The notes under the pieces were generated by a model. It saw nothing but the letters and a program-made list of their open reading frames with translations. It searched no databases and was not told the origin of the DNA. Made by a program: the position numbers and the translations under genes. Positions 28,368 to 37,990 of a stretch of DNA of 64,000 bases are shown in pieces. The stretch covers positions 696-64,695 of the forward strand of contig PABG01000083.1 in the NCBI GenBank assembly GCA_002699185.1, written 5' to 3'. Origin of the DNA: Gammaproteobacteria bacterium (GTDB taxonomy: Bacteria; Pseudomonadota; Gammaproteobacteria; Thiohalobacterales; Thiohalobacteraceae). Every line of letters starts with the position of its first letter. Positions within the stretch are counted from its first letter, which is position 1.

Positions 28368-29327
28368 ATGAACCTGCGTGACCTGAAATACATCATCGCC
28401 GTCGCCGAAACCCACCATTTCGGCCAGGCCGCCGAACGCTGCTTCGTCAGCCAGCCCACCCTCAGCGGCCAGATCAAGAAACTGGAACAGGAACTGGGCG
28501 TAGCCATCTTCGAGCGCACCAACCGCTCGGTCGAGATCACGCCCATCGGCAGCGAACTCCTGGCCTATGCCCGCCGGATCCTGGAACAGGCCGATGCCAT
28601 GCAGCAGCTCGCCCGCGCACATCAGGATCCACTGGCCGGCCCATTGCGCATCGGCGCCATCCCGATCATCAGCCCCTACCTGATGCCGCTGATCCTCAAG
28701 CCCCTGCGTCAGCAGCACCCGGCGTTGAAACCGGTACTGTCGGAGGAACTGACTGATGTGCTGCTGCAGCGGCTGCATGATCACGAGATCGACACCGCCC
28801 TGCTGGCCACGCCGGTCGATGACAGCGATTTCGATGTGATTCCGCTCTATGACGAGCCCTTCTGGATCGCCTACCCCCGTGAGCACCCCTTCTATACCCG
28901 GGAGCGCATCCGGTTGCGCGACCTGGACCAGGAGAACCTGCTGCTGCTGGCCGAGGGCCATTGCCTGGCCCAGCAGGCCATGGAGGTATGCCGGATCAAG
29001 GAGCGCCACGGCCAGGGCGAACTGGCCGACCTGCGCGCGGCCAGCCTGGAGACTCTGATCCAGCTGGTGGCGGCCGGCTACGGCGTCACCCTGGTCCCGG
29101 CCCTGGCCATGGGCGGGGCCTGGACCGGCGGCAGCGGCGTGGTGGCACAGCCGCTGGATATCGCCGACGCCTCGCGCCGCGTCTCGCTGGTGCTGCGGCG
29201 CAGCTTTCCCCGCCGCGCCGCGGTGCAGGCCCTGGCCGAAGTCATTCTGAGCCACCTGCCCAACACGGTACGACCGGTGCGAGGCAGGGCAAAGGGTGAA
29301 GGCCGCAGCCGGCAGCGCAAGGGCTGA
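28368..29327 (+). CDS. oxyR: OxyR hydrogen peroxide sensor
   Basis: HFGQAAERCFVSQPTLS; EGHCLAQQAMEVC gives the C199/C208 pair; AASLETL. Confidence 0.9.
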   Translation: MNLRDLKYIIAVAETHHFGQAAERCFVSQPTLSGQIKKLEQELGVAIFERTNRSVEITPIGSELLAYARRILEQADAMQQLARAHQDPLAGPLRIGAIPIISPYLMPLILKPLRQQHPALKPVLSEELTDVLLQRLHDHEIDTALLATPVDDSDFDVIPLYDEPFWIAYPREHPFYTRERIRLRDLDQENLLLLAEGHCLAQQAMEVCRIKERHGQGELADLRAASLETLIQLVAAGYGVTLVPALAMGGAWTGGSGVVAQPLDIADASRRVSLVLRRSFPRRAAVQALAEVILSHLPNTVRPVRGRAKGEGRSRQRKG

Positions 29328-29341
29328 CGTCGGCATCATTG

Positions 29342-29390
29342 ATATGTATAGACTATCGAAATAATAATAATAAACGTTTTTACCAATAGC
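29342..29390 (+). promoter_or_regulatory. Possible OxyR-type site upstream of the DUF2061 gene
   Basis: ATAT-N7-CTAT-N7-ATAA in an AT-rich tract. Confidence 0.45.
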
Positions 29391-29451
29391 ATTGCCTGCC
29401 TCATACTCCCTCCCATCATCAGAGCAACTGCTGGCGGGGAGAGAAGCCATC

Positions 29452-29667
29452 ATGACTAAGACCCTGAGTTTCGCGGCCGTCCACTTCAGCGTGGCCTTCA
29501 GTGTGGGCTATATGATGACCGGCAGTGTGGCCGTGGGCGGGGCCATCGCGCTGGTCGAACCGCTGGTCAACACCCTCGCCTACCATATCCACGAGCAGAT
29601 CTGGAGGCGCCGGGAGCATGGGCATGGGACGGCTCGACCCTCCACCGGACAGCGACTCCGCGCCTGA
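29452..29667 (+). CDS. DUF2061 small membrane protein
   Basis: KTLSFAAVHFSVAF..GGAIALVEP..YHIHEQIW pattern. Confidence 0.8.
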   Translation: MTKTLSFAAVHFSVAFSVGYMMTGSVAVGGAIALVEPLVNTLAYHIHEQIWRRREHGHGTARPSTGQRLRA

Positions 29668-29691
29668 GCCTGACGCCGGGCGCAGCGGGCA

Positions 29692-29720
29692 TTGACAATT
29701 AAATAATAACGATTATCATT
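29692..29720 (+). promoter_or_regulatory. Sigma-70 promoter overlapped by a Fur box
   Basis: TTGACA-N16-TATCAT; TAATAAC-G-ATTATCA matches 12/14 of the 7-1-7 Fur motif. Confidence 0.7.
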
Positions 29721-29786
29721 TGCATTATGGAGGAGGGTCTGAATCCGGGGCCCTTTTCATGCAACACCCGACACGGAGGATACCCC

Positions 29787-30062
29787 ATGCAAGCCATGCT
29801 CACCCTGCCCGCGCCCGAGGGCACCGGGTTGGACCGTCCGCCCCGGCGCGACCTGCTGGAAGTCGTCCTGCTCTACCTGATGACCCGCCACACCCTGAAA
29901 CCCAGCCCCGGTCTCGCCCAGGGGGTGGTCCACCATCTGCGCCTGCTGCTGGCACATCCCGATCTGCGGCACACGCCGGTGGATCGTTCCGCCTACGAGA
30001 CGCTACTGAAGGACTGGATGCTGCTGGCCTGCGATCACCAGGGAAACCAGCTGTCACATTGA
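29787..30062 (+). CDS. Hypothetical 91-aa helical protein downstream of the Fur box
   Basis: GGAGGA RBS; His-containing predicted helices. Confidence 0.7.
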   Translation: MQAMLTLPAPEGTGLDRPPRRDLLEVVLLYLMTRHTLKPSPGLAQGVVHHLRLLLAHPDLRHTPVDRSAYETLLKDWMLLACDHQGNQLSH

Positions 30063-30136
30063 TACCCGCGGAAGCACCGGAACAGCTGGGCGGCGGCAGG
30101 AATCAGGCTGGCCCGAGCGGACAAGGCCGGGCCGCC

Positions 30137-30553
30137 TTACGGCGGCGGCACAATCCCCTGCCGACGCAGCCAGTCCACATCCAGTTCCCAGCGGATACGC
30201 TGAATCGAAGCATCTGCCCTGACCAGTTCGCCGGCACGGGCCTGATGACCGGCCAGCGTCTGCTGGGCCTGCTGAAAGGCGGGATCATCCGATGCGACAC
30301 CCGCGAGGCCGGGGTCGATGGCATGGATCATGTCCCGGACCGGCATTTCGGCCGAACGCGGCGTACTCATGACCGCGGTATGGTCCTCGATGCGCAGGAC
30401 GCGGAAGGGATAGGGGTAGGCGGCCAGGATCGGATCAGCGGCCAGGCGCTCATTCAGTTCCCGCACGGCAGCCGGTTGATACAGGAACAGGACCAGCAGG
30501 GCCGCCACCGCCAGACCGAGCACCAGCGCATAGATCTTCGTGCCGCGGTCCAC
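30137..30553 (-). CDS. Membrane-anchored hypothetical protein
   Basis: GTG start, N-terminal TM, YPYPFRV and STPRS segments; last gene of the minus-strand run. Confidence 0.7.
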   Translation of the reverse strand: MDRGTKIYALVLGLAVAALLVLFLYQPAAVRELNERLAADPILAAYPYPFRVLRIEDHTAVMSTPRSAEMPVRDMIHAIDPGLAGVASDDPAFQQAQQTLAGHQARAGELVRADASIQRIRWELDVDWLRRQGIVPPP

Positions 30554-30625
30554 GATCCTAGCGGCCGCCCGGCAGTGGGAACTGGACCCGCATGATGCGG
30601 GTCCCGGCATGCAGGCTGTCTGCGA

Positions 30626-31207
30626 TCACCTGTCCAGGCCGTACATGACGTCGCGCTCCAGCTTCCAGCCCCAGGGCAGGCCGGAATTCTTCCAGCCATT
30701 CACCACCCGGGCACCCTGATGCTGCCCCGTCTTCGCCTTGCCGCCCTCGAAGCCATCGACCATGCTGTAGACATTGGCATAGCCGAGTTCGTACAGGGCG
30801 TCGGCGGCCGGGGCGCTGCGCGTTGAGCCGGAACGGCACATGAAGATCAGGTGCGCGTCCTTGTCGATGTCGAGCGCATCCAGCCGGGCCGTGACCTCGG
30901 CGGCGAAATCCGGGTTCACGTAGCCGCCATAGCTCTGCTTCTCCTCGTTCCAGCGCGTGCTGTCCATGATCTTCCATGGCACGTGCACATCGACCATCCG
31001 GGTATAACCGGTGAAGTGGATCTCGATGGGATCACGCACATCGATCAGCACCACCTGACGGTCGCCCGGATTGCGGAGCATCTCGTAGGCTTCAGCGGCA
31101 TCCACATACAGCCCGGCCCGGGTGCGCATGCTCTCCTTCTCCGGCGCCTCGGCGGCGAAGACAGTGGCGGACACGGCAATCAGCAATCCTGCAATCAGTC
31201 GTTTCAT
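30626..31207 (-). CDS. Periplasmic rhodanese-family sulfurtransferase
   Basis: Sec signal, IDVRDP, MCRSGSTRS, DGFEG, GWKNSGLPW; AGGAGA RBS. Confidence 0.88.
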   Translation of the reverse strand: MKRLIAGLLIAVSATVFAAEAPEKESMRTRAGLYVDAAEAYEMLRNPGDRQVVLIDVRDPIEIHFTGYTRMVDVHVPWKIMDSTRWNEEKQSYGGYVNPDFAAEVTARLDALDIDKDAHLIFMCRSGSTRSAPAADALYELGYANVYSMVDGFEGGKAKTGQHQGARVVNGWKNSGLPWGWKLERDVMYGLDR

Positions 31208-31268
31208 GTGATATCTCCTGTTTGTGTTCATGAAGTTCGTTCGGCCACCCGGCCGCCCGGGACGGTAT

Positions 31269-31886
31269 TCAGGGCTTCTTCCCGGATGCCTCCGCATCCT
31301 CGATCTCTTCGTAGCCGGTGATCATCGCCTTGACGTAGGCATAGAAAGGCCTGCCGGTGAGCGCGAGATAGACATGGGCGATGAAAAACACCAGCATGGC
31401 GATGGCAGCCGCGGTATGCACCATGGCGACCGTACCCAGACTCAGGCCTTCGAGACCCAATGCCGGCCAGTCGGTGTAGAACAGATACAGCAGCCCTGAG
31501 ATCCAGATCAGCGGCGAAATCGCCAGCTTGAATCCCAGATAGGCGAGCCGCTGCAGCGGGTTGTGCTTGGCGCTGAGTGACTTCTTGAATGGCTTTTCCT
31601 CGTCACGGAACATGCCGATGGAGTAGTACCGGACCATGGCCATCAGCTTCTCCGTGGTCGGGATGTAGTGGCGCCACTCACCGGTGGTCAGATGCCAGAA
31701 GATGGCGAAGGCCCACAGCACGATCAGCGACCAGGCCAGGATGATGTGCAGGTTCACCGCCCGCTCGAAGCCGAACAGACTATAGACAGCGTGGATCTCG
31801 AACCCGGTGATCATCAGAGCCACGATCAGCGCCGCCTGGGTCCAGTGCCAGAAGCGTTCGAACCGCTTGTAGATCATCACCTTCAT
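31269..31886 (-). CDS. Di-heme cytochrome b (PhsC/FdnI-like membrane subunit)
   Basis: ERFWHWTQA, NLHII, HNPLQRLAY, VHT..AHVY; ATGA overlap with the octaheme gene. Confidence 0.88.
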   Translation of the reverse strand: MKVMIYKRFERFWHWTQAALIVALMITGFEIHAVYSLFGFERAVNLHIILAWSLIVLWAFAIFWHLTTGEWRHYIPTTEKLMAMVRYYSIGMFRDEEKPFKKSLSAKHNPLQRLAYLGFKLAISPLIWISGLLYLFYTDWPALGLEGLSLGTVAMVHTAAAIAMLVFFIAHVYLALTGRPFYAYVKAMITGYEEIEDAEASGKKP

Positions 31887-33565
31887 GACGGTTTCCTCCG
31901 GCTGACCAGGATGCGGCCCAGCAGGTGGACGAGCACACCGCCCAGGGTGCCGAGCACGAGAATCAGACCGATCCGGTCCAGCCACGGGAAGGAATCCCGC
32001 CCCGGCATGTAGAAGCCGCCCAGGCCGGCCAGCCGCCCCTTGGGCGAGTGACAGGCGGCACACTTCAATGCATTCTCCTTCGGCGCGACCATGTGCGTGA
32101 TGGGCCAGTACATCTCGTTCTTCACGAAGCCGAATTCGCCGCTGAACTCCTGCTCGGCCTCGCCGGTCAGCACCGCCTCGCGCTGCCCGACCTCCAGCGC
32201 CTTGATCCAGTCATAGTTGCTCCACAGCGCGGTCTTGTCATCGGGGCCGTAGACATGGGTTGCCAGCAGACGGTTGGTCTGTTTGTCATAGGGCTGCTTG
32301 CCGACCATGCGCTTGAACGGCCAGATGCGGGCATCGGGATCGTCGTAGCTGCCCTGGATCTTATTGACCGAGACGATTTCAGCGGGGTCAATCTCGTCAT
32401 CGAGCAGGGTGTAGCGAATCTGGCCGTCGAACCAGTGGTATTCCGGCACCACATTCTCGCCATGCTCGAAGTAGCCCTTGTGGCTCATGTAGCTGGGATG
32501 GCCGTGCTCGTCGTACTCGACCACGCGGATGGGTTTGCCCTGCTCGTTCAGCACCAGTTCCCCGGCCTCGTCGCGCTTGAGCTTGAGGGTGGCCTGCGAC
32601 CAGTCCCATAACGTCTTGGTGGCCACACCGCCGCGGGCGAAGCTCGGGATATGGCAGGCCTGGCAGGAGACCTTGTTGACGTGGTCGTTGAGCTTGTTGT
32701 TGACATTGGCCGGGTGTGGCCGGGTGCCGTGACAGGACTCGCAGGAGGCGCGCCCGCCGTAGGCCCGACCGGGAATGTCGATCCCGTGCTCGTCGCGCGC
32801 CTGCATGGAATAATGACTGCCGGCGACATCATGCGCCTCGGCGGTGTGACAGGTGGCACAGCTGAAATCCAGCCCCTCGGCATCCATGTGCACGTCCAGC
32901 GACTTGTCGGGCGCGATCAGGGAACTGTCCAGATCGCCATGCTTGACGCCGTCGGCGCCGCCGCCATAGAAGTGGCAGTTGCCGCAGGTGAAGCGGCTGG
33001 TCCTGCCGACATTCTGCGCGACCAGGGCCAGGTCCACCGCCTTCAGCGGCTTGTTGTTCTCGACCACGATCTCACCGTCCCGGGTGATGTCGTGATAGGC
33101 GGGATGTCCGGCCGCGGCCGAAGGTTTGACGTAGGTGCGGGTGGTATCGTGGCAGACCAGGCAGTCGACATTGCGCTCGGAGGTGAAATCGAAATCCCTG
33201 TCCTCCCAGCCGTAGCCGATATGACAGGAGGTGCAGCGCCGGTAATTGGAGCGCAGGCTGCCGCAGAAGACATTGATCTCGTGTTTCTTGCCCAGCAACT
33301 GACCGGTGACGGGATGCTTGTATTCCCAGGTCCAGTGGGTGGTCTGGTGCAGCTGCTCAGCCGCCTCCGTATGGCAACTCAGGCAGGCCTCGGTGACCTC
33401 GGGCCCGGACTTGAACTCCCGTTTGAGGATCTTGAAGGCGCCGTGATCCGCCGTGCTGCTCGCCTCCCCGGTTGCTGTCTGCAGATCGGCATGGCACGGA
33501 CCCGCCAGGCCGAAGCCGATCAGGATCGGGAACGCGATTTTCCGCATAAGGCGTCGCAGCCGCAT
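31883..33565 (-). CDS. Octaheme c-type cytochrome, tetrathionate reductase (Otr) family
   Basis: Eight CxxCH motifs (CLSCH, CTSCH, CLVCH, CGNCH, CATCH, CESCH, CQACH, CAACH), STADH, GVKHGDLD, C-terminal TM. Confidence 0.9.
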   Translation of the reverse strand: MRLRRLMRKIAFPILIGFGLAGPCHADLQTATGEASSTADHGAFKILKREFKSGPEVTEACLSCHTEAAEQLHQTTHWTWEYKHPVTGQLLGKKHEINVFCGSLRSNYRRCTSCHIGYGWEDRDFDFTSERNVDCLVCHDTTRTYVKPSAAAGHPAYHDITRDGEIVVENNKPLKAVDLALVAQNVGRTSRFTCGNCHFYGGGADGVKHGDLDSSLIAPDKSLDVHMDAEGLDFSCATCHTAEAHDVAGSHYSMQARDEHGIDIPGRAYGGRASCESCHGTRPHPANVNNKLNDHVNKVSCQACHIPSFARGGVATKTLWDWSQATLKLKRDEAGELVLNEQGKPIRVVEYDEHGHPSYMSHKGYFEHGENVVPEYHWFDGQIRYTLLDDEIDPAEIVSVNKIQGSYDDPDARIWPFKRMVGKQPYDKQTNRLLATHVYGPDDKTALWSNYDWIKALEVGQREAVLTGEAEQEFSGEFGFVKNEMYWPITHMVAPKENALKCAACHSPKGRLAGLGGFYMPGRDSFPWLDRIGLILVLGTLGGVLVHLLGRILVSRRKPS

Positions 33566-34548
33566 CAGTGCCCTTCCACGCATATCTGCCGTCGCGATAC
33601 GGCCACCAGGGTCCGTGCCAGCAGGTAAAGTATCACCAGATCCAGCACCACCACCATGATCCAGGACAGGGAAGTGAAGAATACAGAAGGCACGTGTGTG
33701 TGCATGATCAGCGTGGCCACGGTCATCGCCGCCAGCGGGAAGGAATAGGCCCACCAGGACAGGTAGAAGGGCAGCCGCACGAAGCGCGGCAGTTCCTTGA
33801 ACAGCAGCAGGGTCAGGAACAGGGCCCCGTAGTAGAGCACGCGGGCGAAGCTGTCGATATCCCCGGTCAGCCTGACATAGGAAATGAAGCCCACGGCCGG
33901 CGGCGCGATCAGGATGAACAGGGTCGGCAGCAGTTTGTCGGGCAGTGGATTATGGAAAATCATCCGGTAGACGATGATGGTGAACAGCACGATCCAGAAC
34001 AGCAGCCCGATACTGAAGAAGAACCAGCTCAACTCCGCACTGGCATGGGCCACGCCGGCCACCGGCACCAGGATGTTGCCCACCACCGGGATGAACCAGG
34101 CGGGGCTGATGTGGTTGATGTCGAAATTCTCCTTGTGGATCCAGGCGCTGAGCACATACAGGGTGAACAGCAGATGCAGTCCGGAACCCAGCGCCCACAG
34201 CCAGAACGACAATGTCGGCAGACTGGCCAGAAAGGACACGCTCAGCAACACCAGACTGACGCTGAAGGTCGCACCGAAACTCATCTTGACCGGGTGCGTC
34301 AACTCGGCGACGACCTCAGCGCGGTACTTCAACAGCTTGGCGGTATACAGCCCCGTCAGCGCAATGAACACCGCCGCGCTCAGGATGCCCACCAGCAGGC
34401 CGAAGGGCTGCAGCGGCGCCCACAGTTCGCCGGCACGCTGCAGGGCAATGGCCAGGCCGGCCAGCCCCATGACACAGGAAAAGAAGGAGACCGGCAGGTT
34501 CTGCAGGCGTGTACTGGTCATTGCGTTGTGTTCCCCGGCTTCGCTCAT
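33565..34548 (-). CDS. SLAC1/TehA (TDT family) anion channel
   Basis: About 10 TM; PAWFIPVVG, PTLFILIAPPAVG, WWAYSFP. Confidence 0.9.
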   Translation of the reverse strand: MSEAGEHNAMTSTRLQNLPVSFFSCVMGLAGLAIALQRAGELWAPLQPFGLLVGILSAAVFIALTGLYTAKLLKYRAEVVAELTHPVKMSFGATFSVSLVLLSVSFLASLPTLSFWLWALGSGLHLLFTLYVLSAWIHKENFDINHISPAWFIPVVGNILVPVAGVAHASAELSWFFFSIGLLFWIVLFTIIVYRMIFHNPLPDKLLPTLFILIAPPAVGFISYVRLTGDIDSFARVLYYGALFLTLLLFKELPRFVRLPFYLSWWAYSFPLAAMTVATLIMHTHVPSVFFTSLSWIMVVVLDLVILYLLARTLVAVSRRQICVEGH

Positions 34549-34552
34549 GTCC

Positions 34553-34879
34553 TTACTCCAGCCACAACCACAGGCCGCCGCCCGCCATCAGAATCCAGGC
34601 CGCGTAGGGGCCGAGGGCGAGGCGCAACAGCGGTGTCCGTGGGACAAACCCCACCCCGTGGACAAAACCGGCCGCCACGCCCCACATGATGAGCATAAGC
34701 AGGTTGTGGTTCAGTTCGCCCTGCCCGCCGAACACCACGGTCGGCAGGAACAGGATCAGCCCGCTCAGGCCGCAGGCCAGCGCCAGGGACAGCCCCCGCG
34801 CCGCGCCGCCGTAGATCCAGGATGTTCCGCTGTTGCCGCTCATCGCCTCACACGCGGCCCGGTCAGCCGTCGTTGCCAT
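34553..34879 (-). CDS. ybgE: cyd operon protein YbgE
   Basis: ARGLSLALA, WGVAAGFVHGVGFVPR; follows cydX. Confidence 0.8.
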   Translation of the reverse strand: MATTADRAACEAMSGNSGTSWIYGGAARGLSLALACGLSGLILFLPTVVFGGQGELNHNLLMLIMWGVAAGFVHGVGFVPRTPLLRLALGPYAAWILMAGGGLWLWLE

Positions 34880-34979
34880 TGTCTTCGTCCAGGCAGTGCT
34901 CGGCCTCCAGCCACATCACGTTGATCACACCGAAGGCGCAGGCCAGCAGCACGCCCAGGATCCAGGTGAAATACCACAT
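34863..34979 (-). CDS. cydX: Cytochrome bd small subunit CydX
   Basis: Manual translation MWYFTWILGVLLACAFGVINVMWLEAEHCLDEDNGNDG; GAGGA RBS; not in the ORF track. Confidence 0.93.
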   Translation of the reverse strand: MWYFTWILGVLLACAFGVINVMWLEAEHCLDEDNGNDG

Positions 34980-34991
34980 CGTCGTATCCTC

Positions 34992-36134
34992 TCAGTAGGC
35001 CGAGTGCGTGTTGTCCCGGATATGCCTGACCGTGACCCGCCCCCACATGGCGCGGTAGGTCCAGGTCGTGTAGGCCAGGATGATGGGCACGAAAATGGCC
35101 GCGGCCCAGAACATCACCGTCAGGGTCAGATGGCTGGAGGGCGCATCCCACACCGTCAGACTGCTGTTCATGGCTGTGCTCGAGGGCATGATGAAGGGAA
35201 ACATCGAGAACCCGGCGGTCAGTATGACTCCCGTCATGCTGATCGCACTGGTCACGAAGCCCCAGCCCGGCCGGTTCCTGCCGGCGAGCAGGATGGTCAG
35301 CGCCGCCCCGGCAAAGCCGGCGACGGGAGCGAGCATCATCCAGGGATACTGGCGGTAGTTGCTCATCCAGCTGCCGACCCCGACGGCGACCTCCTTGGCC
35401 AGCGGATTGGGCAGCGCATCGCGCGGCGGCATGGAGACGATCTGATAGCCGTCCAGGCCGAAGGCGACCCACAGGCCCGCCAGGGCGAAGCTGGCGATCA
35501 GCACAGCCCCGGCCAGACGCGTGGCCCGCGCCGCCCGCGCGGCGACGATGTCATCGGCCCTCAGGTGCAGCCACACCGCGCCGTGCATGATCAGCATGGA
35601 CAGGCTGACCACGCCGGCGAGCAGCGCGAAGGGATGCAGCAGTCCGAAGAAGGAACCGGTGTAGCGCGGCTGCAGGAACTCGTTGTGCTCGAAGGGCACG
35701 CCCAGCAGCAGATTGCCGAAGGCCACGCCGAACAGCAGGGCCGGCACCGCCCCACCCACGAACAGCCCCCAGTCCCAGGTCCGGCGCCAGCGCGGGTCCT
35801 CGATCTTGCTGCGGTAGTCGAAGCCGACCGGACGGAAGAAGAGCGCGAACAGCACCAGCAGCATGGCGATGTAGAACCCCGAGAAGGCGGCCGCGTACAC
35901 CGCCGGCCAGGCGGCGAAGATGGCGCCGCCGGCGGTGATGAACCAGACCTGGTTGCCATCCCAGTGGGGGCCGACCGTATTGATGATGACCCGACGCTCT
36001 TCATCGGTCCGGCCGAGGAAGGGCAGCAACGCGCCGGCGCCCATGTCGAAGCCGTCGGTAATCACGAAGCCGATCAGCAGCACCCCGACCAGCAGCCACC
36101 AGATGAGTTTGAGTGTCTCGTAATCGATGATCAT
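34992..36134 (-). CDS. cydB: Cytochrome bd ubiquinol oxidase subunit II
   Basis: DGFDMG, PHWDGNQVW, RPVGFDYRSK. Confidence 0.97.
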   Translation of the reverse strand: MIIDYETLKLIWWLLVGVLLIGFVITDGFDMGAGALLPFLGRTDEERRVIINTVGPHWDGNQVWFITAGGAIFAAWPAVYAAAFSGFYIAMLLVLFALFFRPVGFDYRSKIEDPRWRRTWDWGLFVGGAVPALLFGVAFGNLLLGVPFEHNEFLQPRYTGSFFGLLHPFALLAGVVSLSMLIMHGAVWLHLRADDIVAARAARATRLAGAVLIASFALAGLWVAFGLDGYQIVSMPPRDALPNPLAKEVAVGVGSWMSNYRQYPWMMLAPVAGFAGAALTILLAGRNRPGWGFVTSAISMTGVILTAGFSMFPFIMPSSTAMNSSLTVWDAPSSHLTLTVMFWAAAIFVPIILAYTTWTYRAMWGRVTVRHIRDNTHSAY

Positions 36135-36146
36135 GACCGGTTCTCC

Positions 36147-37751
36147 TCAGTCCGGATTACGGGCCGCCATGGGCTGGGTCGCAAGCGCAGGGCCAGCGCC
36201 TCCCGCCTGTTCGAAGTGATAGCGGCCGGTATGCAGCGAGCTCGGCCCGAGACGGGCAAAGCGGAACATCAGGTAGAGCTCCACCACCAGCAGCAGGGTA
36301 TAGAAACCGATGAAGCCGGTCAGCGAGAACCACAGATCGCCCTCCTGCAGCACCGAGGTACTCAGATAGGTGGGCAGCACCTCGCCGATCGACCAGGGCT
36401 GGCGGCCGTATTCGGCCACGAACCAGCCGGTCTCAGCGGCGATCCAGGGCAACGGGATGGACCATAGCGCCAGGCGCAGCAGCCAGCGCTTCTGCCCCGC
36501 GGTGCGCCGGGCGCAGTAGTAGAAGCTGGCCGCGAAGATGAACAGCATGAAAAATCCCGAGGCGACCATGATGCGGAAGCTCCAGAACAGCGGCGCGACC
36601 CTGGGGATGGTGTCTGCAACCGCCTGCTGGATCTGTGCCTCGGTGGCGTCCACCACCTCCGGGGTGTAGCGCTTGAGCAGCAGGCCGTAGCCGAGATCGT
36701 CCTTGACCTCCTCGAAGGCGGCCTTGTCCGCCTCGGTATAGTCGCCCGAGCGCAGCTTCTGCAGCAGGGCGTAGGCCTGCATGCCGGTGCGGATACGCTG
36801 CTCGTGCTGCACCATCAGATCCTTGATGCCGGTCACCTCCTCGTCGACGGAACGGGTGGCGATCAGGCCCATCACCCAGGGGATTTTGACCGCGCCGTGC
36901 GTGACCATCGCCTCCTGATCCGGGAAGCCGATCAGGGTGAAGGAGGCCGGCGGCGCATGCGTCTCCCACTCCGCCTCGATGGCGGCGAGCTTGACCTTCT
37001 GCACATCGCCGAGCTCGTAACCGCTCTCGTCGCCCAGCACGATGACCGACAGGATCGAGGCCAGGCCGAACCCGGAGGCGACCGCGAAGGAGCGTCGGGC
37101 GAAGGCCAGGTCCCGGCCCTTGAGCATGTAGTAGGCCGAAATGCCCAGCACGAACATGGAACCCGTGACGTAACCGGCCGCCACGGTGTGGACGAACTTG
37201 ACCTGCGCCACCGGGTTGAACAGCAGTTCGCTGAAGCTGCTCATCTCCATGCGCATGGTCTCGAAACTGAACTCGGCCCCGACCGGGTTCTGCATCCAGC
37301 CGTTGGCCACCAGGATCCACAGGGCCGACAGGTTGGAACCCAGCGCGGTGAGGAAGGTGACCAGCAGGTGCTGGCGCCTGCTCAAGCGGTCCCAACCGAA
37401 GAAGAACAGGCCGATGAAGGTGGATTCCAGGAAGAAGGCCATCAGGCCCTCGATCGCCAGCGGCGCGCCGAAGACATCGCCGACGTAATGCGAGTAATAG
37501 GCCCAGTTGGTGCCGAACTGGAATTCCAGGGTGATGCCGGTCGTCACTCCCAGGGCGAAGTTGATACCGAACAGCTTGCCCCAGAAGCGGGTCATGTCCT
37601 TGTAGATCTCCTTGCCGGTCATGACATAGACCGACTCCATGATCACCAGGATGAAGGACAGGCCCAGCGTGAGCGGGACGAACAGAAAGTGATACATCGC
37701 GGTCAGGGCGAATTGCAGCCGCGACAGTTCGACGACGGATTCAGCAACCAT
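36147..37751 (-). CDS. cydA: Cytochrome bd ubiquinol oxidase subunit I (long Q-loop)
   Basis: [41 protein letters not shown]. Confidence 0.97.
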   Translation of the reverse strand: MVAESVVELSRLQFALTAMYHFLFVPLTLGLSFILVIMESVYVMTGKEIYKDMTRFWGKLFGINFALGVTTGITLEFQFGTNWAYYSHYVGDVFGAPLAIEGLMAFFLESTFIGLFFFGWDRLSRRQHLLVTFLTALGSNLSALWILVANGWMQNPVGAEFSFETMRMEMSSFSELLFNPVAQVKFVHTVAAGYVTGSMFVLGISAYYMLKGRDLAFARRSFAVASGFGLASILSVIVLGDESGYELGDVQKVKLAAIEAEWETHAPPASFTLIGFPDQEAMVTHGAVKIPWVMGLIATRSVDEEVTGIKDLMVQHEQRIRTGMQAYALLQKLRSGDYTEADKAAFEEVKDDLGYGLLLKRYTPEVVDATEAQIQQAVADTIPRVAPLFWSFRIMVASGFFMLFIFAASFYYCARRTAGQKRWLLRLALWSIPLPWIAAETGWFVAEYGRQPWSIGEVLPTYLSTSVLQEGDLWFSLTGFIGFYTLLLVVELYLMFRFARLGPSSLHTGRYHFEQAGGAGPALATQPMAARNPD

Positions 37752-37761
37752 CAACAGTTCC

Positions 37762-37968
37762 TCAGTCGGGCAACGTCGAGCCGGCCGTTGCGGCCGGACC
37801 GGCGATGTGTGCAGCGATATCCGATTGTTGCGGGAGGGCGTGTTCAGGCACGCGGAAGAAGGCCCACCAGAGCGCTGTGAGCAGCACCAGCTTGACCGCC
37901 AGGATCACCGCCAGGTGTCGCACCAGGGGGTTGGACCAGAGGGGGCTGTCAGCCGGTGTCTGCATCAC
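37762..37968 (-). CDS. Putative cytochrome bd small subunit, CydP family
   Basis: Single [22 protein letters not shown] immediately upstream of cydA. Confidence 0.75.
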   Translation of the reverse strand: MMQTPADSPLWSNPLVRHLAVILAVKLVLLTALWWAFFRVPEHALPQQSDIAAHIAGPAATAGSTLPD

Positions 37969-37990
37969 GCGCGCCTGTGTGTAAGGATGA

